Assembly: GCA_046563655.1 (NCBI GenBank)
Contig: CM102290.1
Location: 9,672,001 to 9,736,000 of the forward strand
Reading direction: 5' to 3'
DNA: 64,000 nucleotides
DNA from: Yuukianura sp. NJ FZ-2021
Taxonomy: Eukaryota
Positions 40,601 to 54,418 of this stretch are shown piece after piece. The notes under the pieces were generated by a model. That model was given only the letters and a program-made list of their open reading frames with translations. It did no database searches and had not been told where the DNA came from. Both the position numbers and the translations under genes were made by a program. Each line of letters starts with the position of its first letter. Position 1 is the first letter of the stretch.

Positions 40601-42425
40601 TTGAAACTCTTCATTAGCACTGGACAATACGCCGTAGCGAACCAGGTCACGTAACATGGAAGATCTCGTCGGAGGACTTGGTAGAAACAGTAGAGTGGCC
40701 AACTTTTGAGACTTCTCCATCATCCCCTTCTCAGTTTCCACAAATCTCTCAAATTCCGGATGAACCACAGGAAAAGGAATGGCCAGCGTTGCAATAATCA
40801 GTTGCGATGCATTTCTACAATAAGCAAACAGTTTTTAGCATTTTTTTAAACGAAGAGTTCAGGTGTAACTGGCTTACTTTTGAAGCTCGACTGAAGAGAC
40901 ATTCTTCTTCATGTCCTTGCAGAGATTAAAATAGCGAAGGAGCGTGGCAGCATGAAAAAGAAGATTTCCAGCCTTCCAGAAAACAAGAGACAGTTTTTGG
41001 TAGTAGTAAGCCATCATGCGTGTCTGCGACCGTCGAGACTGGTTCATCAGAAGATGGATGTCTTCGATGGCCTTGTAGGCTTCTTGCCACAGTTCCATGG
41101 AAATGGCCGAGTCTAATTGAGACAGACGAGTTTCCATGTTCAGTTGCTGTGTTTCCAATGAAGAAAAGTCAATGCTATTGGGCTGGACGATAGCACGATT
41201 GACGATGTCATCGAAGTGTTTCCGCAGTCGTTCACACAATTTCCGAAACTCGGTCTTCCGGTTGTAGCTCAAACAAAATTTAAAAGCCTGAAATTATGAA
41301 GCACGTCTTTAGATATATTTTGGTGTTGCTCCACTTGTAAAAACAAAAAACAAGAAAATGGTACCATTTGGGCAATGTCGTGGTACAAAGCTTCTAACTT
41401 CGCATTGTTTCGTAGCAAGTCAAGACACTGCGTGTAGGACTCCCACAGAAACTTGACCCACGGAATAATTGCTGCACGATCATTTCGCTCTTGTGCCTGT
41501 TCTTCAGTGATGACACTGAAAAAATACGAAAAGAAATACAGAATTTCAGTTATATCTACCCTATTTTTCTTCTAATACTGTCAATTACTTTAGTAACGTC
41601 ATATCAGCCATTCCCAGATTGTCCAAATCATCAACCTCGGCAATATCTGCACAAGTCTCCAACAAAACCTTGTCTTTCAAAGCTTCCCGGGCTGCCTCTG
41701 TTCTCTCTTCTGCCATTTTAACAAAGCTTCGAATGACTTTTTCGAGGAGTCCAATATTGACCTGGAATTGAAACATAATAGCTCACATTACAGATCAACG
41801 ATCCACCGGTTTCCAACAAGCATAGACATGGAAATGTGTGTATTGTGAAATCTGTGTCTTTGATCACCCTGAAGCAATGGATCATAAAAATCTTTACAAA
41901 TTACCGATTGACACATAAGCCGGTATTGATAAAGTCCCTCCTTTGCCGTATGAGGCTTCTTGAGCTCAACGCACAGCTCCAAGTATTTGAGCATGATGGG
42001 CTCGAAGACTTTTTCACTAAAAGTACGGTGCTTCTTCCCTTTGATGACATCGTAGAGCGTATCCAGGGCCCTCGTCGGTTTTCCAACCTCAATGAACTCT
42101 GAACGTGAAAATATTTCAAAATTATTAACGCCGAAGTCATCCTCCGTGTCACAAAATTTAACAAGTTCATATTCATTACTTCAAGATTCAGTTACACATG
42201 TTTTGCCTAGGTTATTTCATGTAATTATTCATTACCCTCAAAACTATTAACCTCAAAAGCAAAACGTTCCTACCGGCCGGCTTGGGGCTTGACAGTGAAC
42301 GTCAAACACAAGCATGATGAAAACCAAAACCAAAGAATAGCATTAACAACCAAGTAACCAAATTATCTCCACTTACCGTTTGCCTTTTTGAGAGCATTCT
42401 CAGGCCGTTGATAGTATCTGGACAT
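37620..42425 (-). CDS. EIF3A: Eukaryotic translation initiation factor 3 subunit A
   Basis: Multi-exon. [70 protein letters not shown] domain, coiled coil and an R/D/G-rich repeat tail; stop TGA at 37620-37622. Confidence 0.95.
37815..38125 (-). repeat. 36/39-nt coding tandem repeat ([12 protein letters not shown]) in the eIF3a C-terminal tail
   Basis: CCGCCACGAGACGGACGGTCTCGTCCATCTTCAAAT repeated, with several copies identical. Confidence 0.85.
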
Positions 42426-43949
42426 CCTGTGATTATTGTGCTAATCGTTGACTGAATTTAAAAACGACTCACACTAATAATTAAAATGTTTAAATTAAAT
42501 ACAGCTGTAAAGCTGTTATGTCCACTATTGCGATTACTAATTAAAATATTGGGAAAAAAACAATAGAAATTCTCGGCCTCCGCTTATTCTGATTAGGTTT
42601 CTCTTTTAATATTCAGAATATGGACAGTTTGAACCCTAGGCTTAGTTGGTTGTACTGCAAAGGCTACCGACAGTGCTGAAATTTAACACGAAAAAATATC
42701 TAAGCACACCCAGGCGTGCTTTGGTGGTCTAATTTTAAAATTAAACTTCGCGCGGTAATTTCACTGCTGTGCAAAATTTGTATTAGCCACCACACTCAAA
42801 CCGATTTTCCAATTATAATTATAATATATTTCACAAATTTATAAACATTTCGAACTGCAAATTAAATAAATCCCCGTTGCAAACCGTGCATTCAAAAGTA
42901 GCGCAAGCGCAAGCAGAAGTAGAAGGTACCTTGAGCAACAAAAAATTGTCTACAAACGAAACCTTTCTAACTACTTTTAATACAAAAAAAATTCAAGAAA
43001 CGTGACCTTGCTAACTCCTTTGAGTACAAAAAAAAAATTGTCGAAAAACGAGGCCTCGCTGTCTTGAGTACCAAAAAATTGAGTGGCTTCGCGTAAAAAG
43101 GGTTAAACTCGTTTCGAATTGGCATTAGAATTAGCCCAGTTATATTAGTCCACTCCACTATTTTAAAATGTTTTAAAGATTGAAAAGGAGTTTAACCAAC
43201 CGCGAAGGCAGAAGGCATTCAATTGTCTAAAAACGAGACCCGGCTAGCACCGGTTCGCGGTTTTCGTAACGGCACTTTTACGCACCTCTGCATATGCCAA
43301 CTTAATGGCGGTGGCTGTTGGCTTCTACTATTTCGTTACTTTTTGTTTGCTTTTTCCGTTACTGCTCAGCTCTGTGGTTGCTTTCCCGTCTCTGTCGCTT
43401 CGTGTAGCTGAGGTTGTTCACAATCACAACCTTTGTTCTTGATTATTTTGGAAATTTAAGAATTTTTCTTTGGAATAACAGGCTGGGCAACAAAACAAAT
43501 AAATTTATAACAAATTAAGATCCAACATCACTGAATCAGGTAATTGAAGCGTACGACAAATTGACATTTGACAGAAAAACATTAGACAAAACATGTCGTA
43601 AGTTTGCAATTATTTGGGGTATTCGTTTCTCCTACGTTATTACTTCCACAGGCAGTTAGACTTAATAAAACATAAATGGGAACGGTACTTACTAACGTTG
43701 TTTTTGGGTTGCATTGTTTCATTGATTTAACTAGCGTTGTTTTGAAAATGAGTGAATTGACAGTACACATGCGCAATGCACGTTTTAAATGCTGATAATG
43801 GAAGACCTTGTACTAAAAATGTGTAAACGTTTTTGTTGTTTTTAGGGTTGGACGCGTATGTGTGAAAAGGCCAAAGAAGGAAAAGAAGACAATTGACCCG
43901 TCTCTCGGAGTTGAGTTTGCAACATTTTACGCTGGATAAAGAAAGTGTG

Positions 43950-45718
43950 ATGCTGGTTGCACGGTGCGCCTTGTGTGATGAACTGGACAGTCCACATCGT
44001 CCACTGATCCGCAGATTTTTCCCGCCAAATCACCCAGGCGTAGATGAAAACGAAGCTGTGGAGATTTGTGATGCAGTGAAGAAGATTTTCGAATGGAAAT
44101 GTAATGGAAAACGTCGTTTCAAAATTGAGAAGAAAGTTCAAGTTTGTCGAGAATGTGGTACCTGCTTGGGGAAATTGTACGCATCAATCCTCTGTTTCGA
44201 CTACCTCAAGAAACCGGAGTCATACATTCACAAGGGATTGCTTAGGGATCAAGCTGAAGAGGACATTCAGCGATATCGAGAACAAGTTCGAAGAAAGTCT
44301 CTAGGCATGTCATTTGGAAACGTGTCAAATATGGGTCAGGAGGTACAAATTGTATCCCAAGGTGACACTAAGCCTATACTCGTTGGCTTTGGACCTGCAA
44401 AAACGGGTACGTATGAATACGCTACTCAGGTTTCGGCAGAGGAAGATGACGACGGGAGTGGAACTTATGAAGACGACCTTGGAATGGTAGACGATGAGGA
44501 AGCAGATCCAGATTTCCGGAAGGAGTACCACCACAGAGAGAAGAAAGGTCTGAAATCATCGTCACTTGATTTTATGACAAAAATAAATAGAATTATCTTA
44601 AATGAAATTTTATATTGTTTTCCACAGTAAATGTTACAAAATTGAATCAACGATTTAGTAAGGTTGGTGAAGATATTCCCACTGTTATACTTGGAGTTGA
44701 CGAGTCGCCACCAAGTCCCAGAGCTGCTGCTGCTCCCGTGGTAGATTTAGAACACAAGAGTTTCCGATGTCAACTGTGTCCGAAAGGTAATCACCATAAC
44801 CCAAATCCAACTATAAAATATTACCAAAAAGTCTAAGATTTTCTGATCGCATAATACTAGTCGAAAACCAACTTTTTTTTAAGGATTTGGTACAAATCAA
44901 GGCCTGCGTACTCATCTGTTGTTGACTCATGAAATCGGAACGAAGACCAAGAATCACACTTGCGTCCACTGTGGCAAGTCCTTCTTCTACGAGTACTTGC
45001 TCAAGAACCATTCAAAAGTCCACTCAGATGAGAAACCAGTCGAGTGTGCAGTTTGTCCGTCAAGATTCAAAACCAAACTAGCTCTTGTTCATCACCAGAA
45101 AAACGTTCATGCTGCCAGTGATCGCCCTTTCAAATGTGTCGATTGTGGAAAAGCTTATAAGGAAGCTCGCAGTTTGAGGTAATAACTCAGAAGACTCTTT
45201 CAATTCCACTTCTACAAATTCTGGATACAAACCCTAACAGAATTAAGTTTATGATACTCCAAGTACTCAGCTGTTTATTTCATTCCAGAGAACACATCAA
45301 CATTACCCATAACGGGGCCGGTCCTGTTTTCAAATGCAAGTACGAATGTGGCTCAACGACGTCCAGAAAACGTTCCATGTTGAGTCACCTACGACGGTGT
45401 CGTTTTCGTCCAGAAACTGACGAGGAACGACATTTGTTCAAGATGCCTCGTCGTATCACTCCCGCGACTTCTCTCATCAAAAAGGAACCAACTTCGGAAT
45501 GTTCGGATTTTGAAGGAGAACTCAAACTCCGCTGTAAGTGGAACTGTGGCCTTTACTTCAAAAACAAAAAGGCAGAGATGCGCCACAACGTCTACTTTTG
45601 TCAACAACGTCCCACTCGCCATTCCATCGAGAAGATGCCGGATATCGTCAAAAACGAACCCGTTGATATCCATGCAGAAACGGACGTTGACCGTATCATG
45701 GAGATGTTCCTGCAATGA
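43950..45718 (+). CDS. ZAD (zf-AD)-like plus C2H2 zinc-finger transcription factor
   Basis: N-terminal RCALC...VCRECGTCL pair, acidic linker, then C2H2 fingers (CQLCPKGF..H..H, CVHCGKSF..HSKVHSDEKPVECAVC). Four exons with introns at ~44548-44627, ~44787-44883 and ~45179-45288. An in-frame stop at 43863 points to the ATG at 43950. Confidence 0.8.
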
Positions 45719-46275
45719 TTTAACCTAACTTCGTCATCGTCACTTCAGACTCCTCTTCCTATGAATTTACAGAGATCAGAAGAGGGCATACACAGAAATA
45801 CTAATTGTTTTTCAAAAAGTATATTCAGATTAAGCAAAGCTTTTTTTCAGGTACAACTATCAACCAAACTGTATTTAATATAAAGAGTTTAATTAAATAG
45901 GTTTAATTTATTACAAATTTAAGTGAAAAGTTAAAGCTTACATTCACTAAAGTGAATTTAAGAATACTATTACAGATTTGTTTTATAATGGTGTCAAACG
46001 CTAACTTTGGAGGCTTATTCCTCCCTGCCTTCCTTTTCTCTAAGAACGAAATGCTATGCTGAATAGGCCACAGAGTTGCAGTCACAGGAGGTACTGACAT
46101 CACCATTCTTAGAACAGTTTTCATTAACGTTTGGATACTGAATGTAAGTATCTTATCAAAATCTAAGCTAGCAAACAAAATATTTTGGACAAAAAAGTTA
46201 GCTGATAGACGGATCGGAATCAAAACAAGTGAATCTCACAGAGTTGACTACAGTAGCAGTTCGTATGTTTTTAAA

Positions 46276-47897
46276 TTAGTTTTGTTTCGAAGGTACTTTC
46301 GATGCCGGTTGTGACTGAATTGCACTTCTGAGAATGAATAGTGGAATGATAAAAGCAAGTGATCCGAGGCCATAAGCCACTTCTGGACCGTAGCGCCAAA
46401 ACATGGCTGCTGACACGATCGGACCAAAACTTCGTGCCAAAGCTCCAAGTGACCGGAATATGCCCATTGCAACTCCGTTTTCGTTTGCAGAAGGTACTTG
46501 GGCAGCAGCTAAGGATGTTAGACAAGGGCCAACGATTCCAGATCCTAAGAAGTTAGATGAAATTCATGTCAAATTGATTGCCAACCTAAGTTATGTAAGG
46601 TTAGTGTAACGCTTACCGAAAGAGTAGAGAAATAGTCCAGCGTAGAGCATAAAGGCCTCGGAACAGAATCCAATGAGTATAAATGCAGGGATCATAATGA
46701 AAATACCAAAAGTGGCACTTGGACCTTCCAGTCCAGCTTTGAGTCTTCGTGTGAGCACCCCTTGGATAAAGGTCATGCTAATTCCCATGAAAGCAAACAT
46801 TTTCCCTTGATCTCGTGGGGTGTATCCAAGTTTTTGATGAGCGAGGAATGTCAGAGTAAATTCGAGTCCACTGTAGAAGAAAATGTAAATGAAGAACGTA
46901 AGGCCGAGTGGCATGAGTTTCCGCCCCGTGGACACGGCTTTGAAACGAAATAAGTATGGCGGCCATAAGTAATTGGCAACTTCTTTGCCACGGCTTGATC
47001 CTCGTTTTTCCTAAACGCAAATCATTTTACTGAGTACTTTAGATCATTGTGATTCAAAAAGTTTGTTCTACTTACAACAGGTAACGTCTCTGGTACAAAC
47101 GCTAGCACCAGTAGGAATGAAATGATTGATGAAGCACAAGAGATAATCGCTGGTGTAGTAAAATCTCCTACTTTGGCATAGTAAGCACCAAGGGCTGGTC
47201 CAACGGTGAATCCAATTGAAAAGGCACCACCAATAAGTGCCATTCCGCGAGCTCTGGAACTTGGTTCAGCGTCGTCTGCTACAATTGTTGTGCAGATTGA
47301 TACGTTTGCTCTTGCTAGACCGGCTAGAAGACGAGCAATGACGAACGACCGAAAATCTTTGGCGAAAAACCACACAAAATGGCTCCCAGTGATGGCAATC
47401 TGTAAAGCAAAAAAAAATGTAATCAGTAATTCGCCTGTTGATTTTTTACGACATGCTTGTGAAACTAACAAGGCAAACGAGAAGAGATATCCGACGACCT
47501 TTGACATCTGACACGGCTCCAACGATCGGAGAAGACAGAAACTGGAGAAACGAAAAGGCTGATCCAAGGATCCCACCAATGAGTACTGTCTCTGATTGAG
47601 TTGCTGGAGCCCCAATCAATGCGCCAAGACGTCGCGATCCGTCAGCGACCCAGGCATATAGTCCACTTGGATCGTTGGCTTTGTAACTTTCAAGAATGGA
47701 CGGAAACAGAGGCAGGATAATTGTAAATCCAATTAAGTCGACCAGTAGTGATCCAATTGTGGCCAGCATCACAGTTCGTCGTTCACGTCCGGATCCGGTA
47801 CTTCCCTGTAAATTAGACATTATACTGATTACAACTCGTAATTGAATTTATATAGAATTGAGTTTTCTATGCATACCTTAGGTTGAACACCAGCCAT
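46276..47897 (-). CDS. MFSD10: Major facilitator superfamily transporter, MFSD10/TETRAN-like
   Basis: Exons give VDLIGFTIILPLFPSIL, GSAFSFLQFLSSPIVGAVSDVKGRR (MFS motif A), AFSIGFTVGPALG, YSGLEFTLTFL, GIFRSLGALARSFGP. Confidence 0.9.
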
Positions 47898-49036
47898 TTT
47901 CAGTTGTATCTAATCCGAACCGATTTCTGACTACTTACGACTGATTACCGGATTGTCGTAAACTCATACAAGTTATCAGAGGTACTGATTAATTGCCATG
48001 GGATTTGTGGAAGGAATTGTCTCACCGTGCCCAGATGCCAATAAAATCAAACCTGGTCAAACGCTATCTCGAGTCTGTTACTTTACATATCAATAAATAC
48101 CGTTATTCAAATCCGTCCCAATTGTCGGTTTGTTGTAACAGACGTCAGCACCTGAAGTTGTGATCATGATTTGGTTGTAGCAGTATCAAAAATAAAATCA
48201 ACTCAAAAAACTACATCATATAATTTCGCTTTTTATACTCAACCACATTGTATCTAAATAATCATATTTTTGTAAAAACATTAATGTTTAATTTAAATTT
48301 TTATATTTTGTCAAATTCATTAGTAAAACATTGCACGGCTAGGTTAGTAAAGTTAAATAATTTTCTTGATAGTACCTTTATTAGCAAAAGGTAATATGTA
48401 GTAGTCAATACTAACGGTATTAAAAAGTATCTCAGTATTTAGCTAAAAGAACAAAAATTGGTCTTACTGTATGTATACTGTACAATGTATGTTAATTATC
48501 AATGTGCAATTTAATTCTTTTGCGTTGTATTATAAAAAAAAAAGAACGGAAGAGAAGCGCCGCAAATGCCGACGTCCGCTAGGTTTTTATAAGCAAGCCT
48601 TTACTGCATAAAAGTTATTGGCATTGAATAAAAAAGTTGAAAAAACAGGAATTCATTCATAAACATTTTTTCTGTGACAATTCATCAATTATTCGTGAAT
48701 TAAGATGAGCTTGACAGTTGGAAATATTGTAGTTCCAGCAATCGAATTCAAAGAACGGTCATGAATAATTGAACGTCTTGCTAAACTTCCTTCCCTTCCA
48801 TGTCCGAAAAGTGTTGAAAATGTTAAAAATGACCTCCCGAACAAAGTCATTTAGCAGTGGCAGGAGTTGACACTTCTGCCTCGTGTCGTACTTATAAGTG
48901 ATCAAAGGAATAGGACAGGTACACTGCAACTCTAAAGTATTCAGATAATTACCAACATGTATTTCTGTAAAACGCATTGGTATTCATTGTTCTTTTTCTT
49001 TTAAAATAGGCTAAGTGATTGGTGGTTACTGGCAAT

Positions 49037-52000
49037 ATGGCTGAAACGCATAATCGTGTGATGGAGTCAAGCGGATGGAGTACGACAGACGTCTGGCCAG
49101 TACCAGTTGAATGTCTACTGAACGGAATGACAACGGGCGATTCGCATCTGATGTTCGGGGGAGGACATATGATCCAACATCCGTTTAGACAGCGATTTCA
49201 AACTCCTTTGCAACAACTAAATGGCCCACCACAACATCTCGTATCTATCAATCCCAACTCCATTCCTACACACTCAATAATCGAAAATAATGTCACGGTA
49301 GACGGTAATGGCCAAGTTGAAGTTAATGGTGAAGGTGGACAGGATACCCTCTCACAGAATATGCCTATGAATGACAATGGTATGTTTGAATCCTGTTGAG
49401 TCAATCTACAATGATCCTTACAAAGCTATAATTTTTTATGCTTTTCAGTTTTGGACGAGTCTGATGACAGTTCCGACGAGGACTTGTCCCAGTCTGGTCC
49501 TCAGATGTCTCTTACTCATGGACTCAGTGACAATAGTTTGGTTCAAGTTCAATGCGGAGGTGATCAAGTTCCTGTCGTTCAAGACAATATGGTTCACAAT
49601 CAGTTGCCGATGAGCGGAGATACGCACAATACTTGCCATCACCAAAAGCTGCGGAATGATGTAACCGTGATGAATCATCATGCCATCCATGATCCACCGA
49701 TCAACCCTCTATTCTTCCAGCAAGCAGATCACTTTGAGCCTCCGCCAGTCGTCGTTGAAGAACCAGTAGATGAGGGAGGGAACGATCCAAATACCGGGTT
49801 TTCCGTTTATGGAAAACTTTACTATGAAAGAGAGGGCCGCGTCGTTCTTCATCTAAAACAATGGCTGGATTCCGAATCGGACCAAAACGGAACTGGCATG
49901 AACTTTGACCCGTCTGACCCCTTGAATGGAAAAAATCTCATACAGGGTTGTGCACTCTGTCGGCTCTCTTCGCCTAACCAGGACGCTTACAGAAATCAAA
50001 AACAAGGACATAGGCATACTTTTCGTGGAGTCCTGTTCACCTTTGAAGAATGTACAATTGTAGAACTCTACCCGGAACAGAATCATCCAATTACTTCCCA
50101 CAATGGTAAAGAAAAGTAATTATAAGTAAAATACCTTATGACTTATTAACTGAAATGGCATGACAGTTCATGTCAATTTTAGAACAGCTGATAGCAGTAG
50201 CAGTGTCGAAATTAGCACATTTGTCCGTCTAACTTCAACGTCGCAGAAATTTTTTAGCTTGAGCTCGATGTGTCAAGTGCTTCTTTAATGGTTTCCAGCA
50301 TATTCAATCAAAGCGGTTCTAAGTTCTGGAAGGTTTTGAAAATATGTTGTTCTGATTTTAGGCTTGAAACCCCCGAACGATCCTCAGAGAAAGATTCTAC
50401 AGCAGCAACAACAAAATGGCCACAGACTTATGCCTGCCTACTTACCACCGCCCGTTGATGATCAAATCCAGCAACAGCAGCAACAACAACATTTAGAACT
50501 AAACCAACTCCAAGCTAATTCTCACCCACCGCCACAGCAACACAAAGCTCCGCCTCCAGCAGACCATCAAGCTTGGTGGGACGAATTTGAATCAGAAGAG
50601 GAACTAAAAGACGACGACTCTTCCGAGTTTAGTGACGACGAAGTGGATCCATCAAGTCCAATCAGGGAACACGACCACCAACAAGAGATAGTGACTGGAG
50701 TTATCGGCGGACCTGGACAACCGACACAATGTTTTCCAGAAGAGTCCAACTACCAAACAACAGCTGATTCTCCTTATCTTCGCCAAGAAGCCGAATGTGA
50801 TTCGGCCGAAGCTTGCGAATCATCACAAAATTCGCCACCCGCTCTCGAATCTCTCATGTTAATTGACCATCAACAATCAATTGGTGGAGAAGATGGACAA
50901 GATGAAAATCTGGCTACTCCCAAAAATCAAGAAACGCATGCAGATGAAATCGGATATAACATGGTGGAATCCGAAGTCGAAGATATCTCTTCTGTTCCTC
51001 AACCGTCACCACCTTCTGTTGTTCCACGACCTCCAAAATTACGCGGGAAATTTGAATGTCCTTGTTGTTCAAAATCATTTCCGCTCAAGAAAACTCTCAA
51101 AAGTCACCTTGATGTACAACACATGACGAATCCTTTGCGATGTGACAATTGTCGTAGGCAGTTTGCTGATGAAAGGGGGGTGTCAAAACATGTTTGTTCT
51201 GGAGTCACAATTACGACAGGAGGTCAACGGTTAAATAATTCCAAAAGCCGAATCACCACGGTAGAATCTACTTTGAATAAGTTTGGAGACTCGGATGGAA
51301 GCTCTACAAAAACGAACAAAGCGAAGGAATCTAGTCAAATGGAAATAAAAGAAACTGAATCTGGGACCAATCACATCAAAAACAAGGACAAGAAAAAACG
51401 ATATGCTACCAAGAAAGTTCGGACTTCTCCGACGAAACAGCTGACGGCAAATCCAAAATTTCCGTGCAACCTTTGTGCCAAAACGTTCAGTGTCCAAAGG
51501 AGACTTGATACTCATCGCCTCTCACACGTCAATGACAAGTCGTCACAGTGTGAAAAATGTGGAAAACGATTTGCCCGAAAAGACAAACTCATGCGACACA
51601 TGTTTGTACACAGTGAAGAAAAAATGTTCGTTTGCAACTTATGCTCAAAACGATTTTCGAGGAGGGACAAATTGGCGGATCATTTGAAATCTCATGGCGG
51701 ACCGGAAGAGACACATCACTGCCCGTTATGCAAAAAGGAGTTTTTGCGTCCGGATATTCTCAAACAGCATGTCAAACTGCATGGAATGGGCAACAAGCAT
51801 CAGTGTCCAGAATGTCTCCGATTTGTGACTGGGAGGGACCGACTCCAACAACACATGGCTCGTCACGAAGAGGCAAAAGCTCAAGGTCAACCGCTGCTCT
51901 GTCCGCTTTGTACCAAAAATTTTATTCAGCGACAAAGTTTGAAAGCTCACATCAAAAAGTTTCATTCGACGGCGCATGCTCGGCTGCTATCTGACCTGGA

Positions 52001-52829
52001 ATTTCCTCCGGATCCTCTGGAAGTAGATGCAGATTTAGATGAAGGTGTACTGGTTTCAAAACCGAGAGTTTCCGAAGTTTCCAAGCCGGCAAAGGAACGG
52101 CGTAATCAAGGTGGCAGTAAATTCGGTTGTGAATTTTGTTCAAAACGTTTCAGCAAAAAAGGACCGCTTTTACGTCACGTCGAGAAGAGTCACCAACCGC
52201 AGAGAGAAACTGTTCAACCAAAACCGGAAAAACCAGCGACACAGAACCGGAAAAAGAAAAAGGCGCGAAAGATAAATGGACTTTTGAAAAAAGACAAGGA
52301 AAAACGGACCAAGGATACCGGTCCGGTTCTGCCACTGAAGTCAAGTCCCGGTTCCGGTTCGAATTCTACCGCCATGCCTGATTTGACGTTCACTTCTGCC
52401 GCATCGGAAATTGTTAGTCCACCGATGTCACCAGCAGTAGCCGAAGATGAGTTGCGGCTTCCACAGGAAATGGGGCTGAGGTCTACTGCACATGAGCATG
52501 TCCTGGGTTCAGTCCACGTCCAAGATGGGACCGGGTTCCACTTAACGCCGAATTCGCAGACTCAGATTCCGATTACTCTGGCTACGGTTGCTGTCAATTC
52601 CAATGCAGTTTCATCGCAGAATGGGATTTTAATGGGAACGTCGTTGCATCATGCTCATGCTCTTCTCCAGCATTCACATCCTCTAGCCCAGACGCTGCCA
52701 CCAATGGCTCATCCACAGGGCCAACTTCATACACACATCAGTCATGTGACTATGCCGCATCACGTGGCCCAGGCACAACAAGCTATGTGTGGAACTCCGT
52801 ACGTTATTTATCCGCACTACTATCAATGA
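49037..52829 (+). CDS. Multi-C2H2 zinc-finger transcription factor with long low-complexity N- and C-terminal regions
   Basis: Exons 49037-~49379, 49449-50105 and 50362-52829 join in phase 1. About nine C2H2-type fingers, including CEKCGKRFARKDKLMRHMFVH and CNLCSKRFSRRDKLADHLKSH. Confidence 0.85.
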
Positions 52830-53984
52830 ACAGAGGCACAAACTCATTTTTTAAAGATCTCAGTCACAATCGGTCAGTAACGCCTTTATATATATATATC
52901 TTAATTAACTAATATACTAATTAATTGTTAAATTAATTATGAACAAAGAAATAACTAGGAAGTACGAAGTAGTTGGAAGTAGATAAAGCTTTAGTAGTTA
53001 AAGAATGCAGCGTTTAGTGAAGTTGAGTGTTTGTCAATCGTCTTTCAAAAAAGTTTCACATCTTTTATTTGACTAGTTTTTCAAAAAACAAAAACTTTTG
53101 TACCTCATTTTCAAATTTTAGAAAAGCGCAAAAGCAGTAGGAGCAGGATACGTTTAATTGCAAATGGGACGAATCAAATGTACAATAATTTGAAGTTACT
53201 ATGCAAATTTAAAGAAAAGAAATAAAAATGTGGAGTTTGTCTCCGTGCACATTGAAAGAAAAGTTGAATTTTGAAATTTTCTGGAGTGAAAGTTACATTT
53301 TCGGTGTAAAAACGAAAAAAATGGGACCGAGTGGGGGCGGGGTAAGTTCTGGCTTCTAGGTAAACAATGAAGGTCTTCGAAGAATGGAATTTAATGGGAC
53401 ATTGTTCCACTTTGGCAAATGGCACTTGCCATAGTACTCTAAGCTCCGTTTGGAATCTGAACAATTTCCTTGACAGGCTTCCTCACGTGCTCAGCGGAAT
53501 GTCATTGGCTAAAATGGAACAGTGGGGGAGTGTCAAGCATAGTTACGCATTACCCCAGTTGAGGATTTCCTCAAAATCCAAACGCCCTCTTTTCCAAATT
53601 TCTACTTTCCTAATTAAGAAAATTATTAAAAGAATGATTTAAGAAATACTCATTTTTTTTAATGAAGCAAAAAATAAAAATTCAAATTATACTTTTGTTA
53701 AAGTTGGGTGTTACAAATGTAATACCCCCTATGTAGTTAGAAAAATAGACAGTATGACGCTGGTTATACTGCATGATTACAACGAACCCAATTCTGGTTT
53801 ATATTATGGTAGCTACTCAATAGTTATAATTGTTGACGTTCAAGTTAACATTTTGAGGATTTCCTCAGTCAAAAGGGGAGCGTAGGTATGAAAAGCGTTT
53901 CTTCAACAATGGTATTTGAAACAGTTCGGTTGAAGACGAGAGAAGAACGCTGTGGCTGATGGAGCGGTGTCGTCAGGACGCAAT

Positions 53985-54418
53985 ATGGACGCAACGTCAA
54001 TGGTCCTCAGCATTTTGGGACTGGCTTTACATTGGAGCAGCATCGCCATGACCTCTGACCTCCAGCACTACTGCTACACTGAACTCATCACAGCCTTGGC
54101 AATAAGCTGCGATCGTATCTACGCCGCCGACTCTTCTACAACTAGTAAGCTTTCACACAAGGACTAAAGCAACCAATCACAATTCTGCAAAAATTTTCCT
54201 AACCAATCAGAGACTAACAATTTATTTTCATTTTTGAAAGTTGTCAATTTTTGTAATTAAAAAAACTAGGTCGAGGCCGAAGGTCACCGGAAACAGTTGG
54301 AGCTGAAGATATTCGACGTCGGCTTCCGAGAAATGTCGTAGAACAGTGTTGTAGAAGACCGTGTAACGTGGCAACGCTCCAGCGGTACTGCAGTATTATT
54401 CGAGAAAACCGGCGGTAA
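53985..54418 (+). CDS. Insulin-like peptide (ILP-1 of the cluster)
   Basis: Exons 53985-54144 and 54270-54418 (phase-1 intron). Signal peptide, B chain HYCYTELITALAISC (C-x11-C), basic sites RGRR and RRR, A chain NVVEQCCRRPCNVATLQRYC (CC-x3-C-x8-C). Confidence 0.85.

Noticed and set aside
41763..42377. Possible intronic snoRNAs in eIF3a introns 1-2
   Set aside because: Some hairpin potential, but I found no convincing C/D or H/ACA box pair. An Infernal/Rfam scan would decide.
50183..50332. Extra exon in the second zinc-finger gene
   Set aside because: The tested splice combinations introduce stops; a single intron 50106-50361 keeps the frame.
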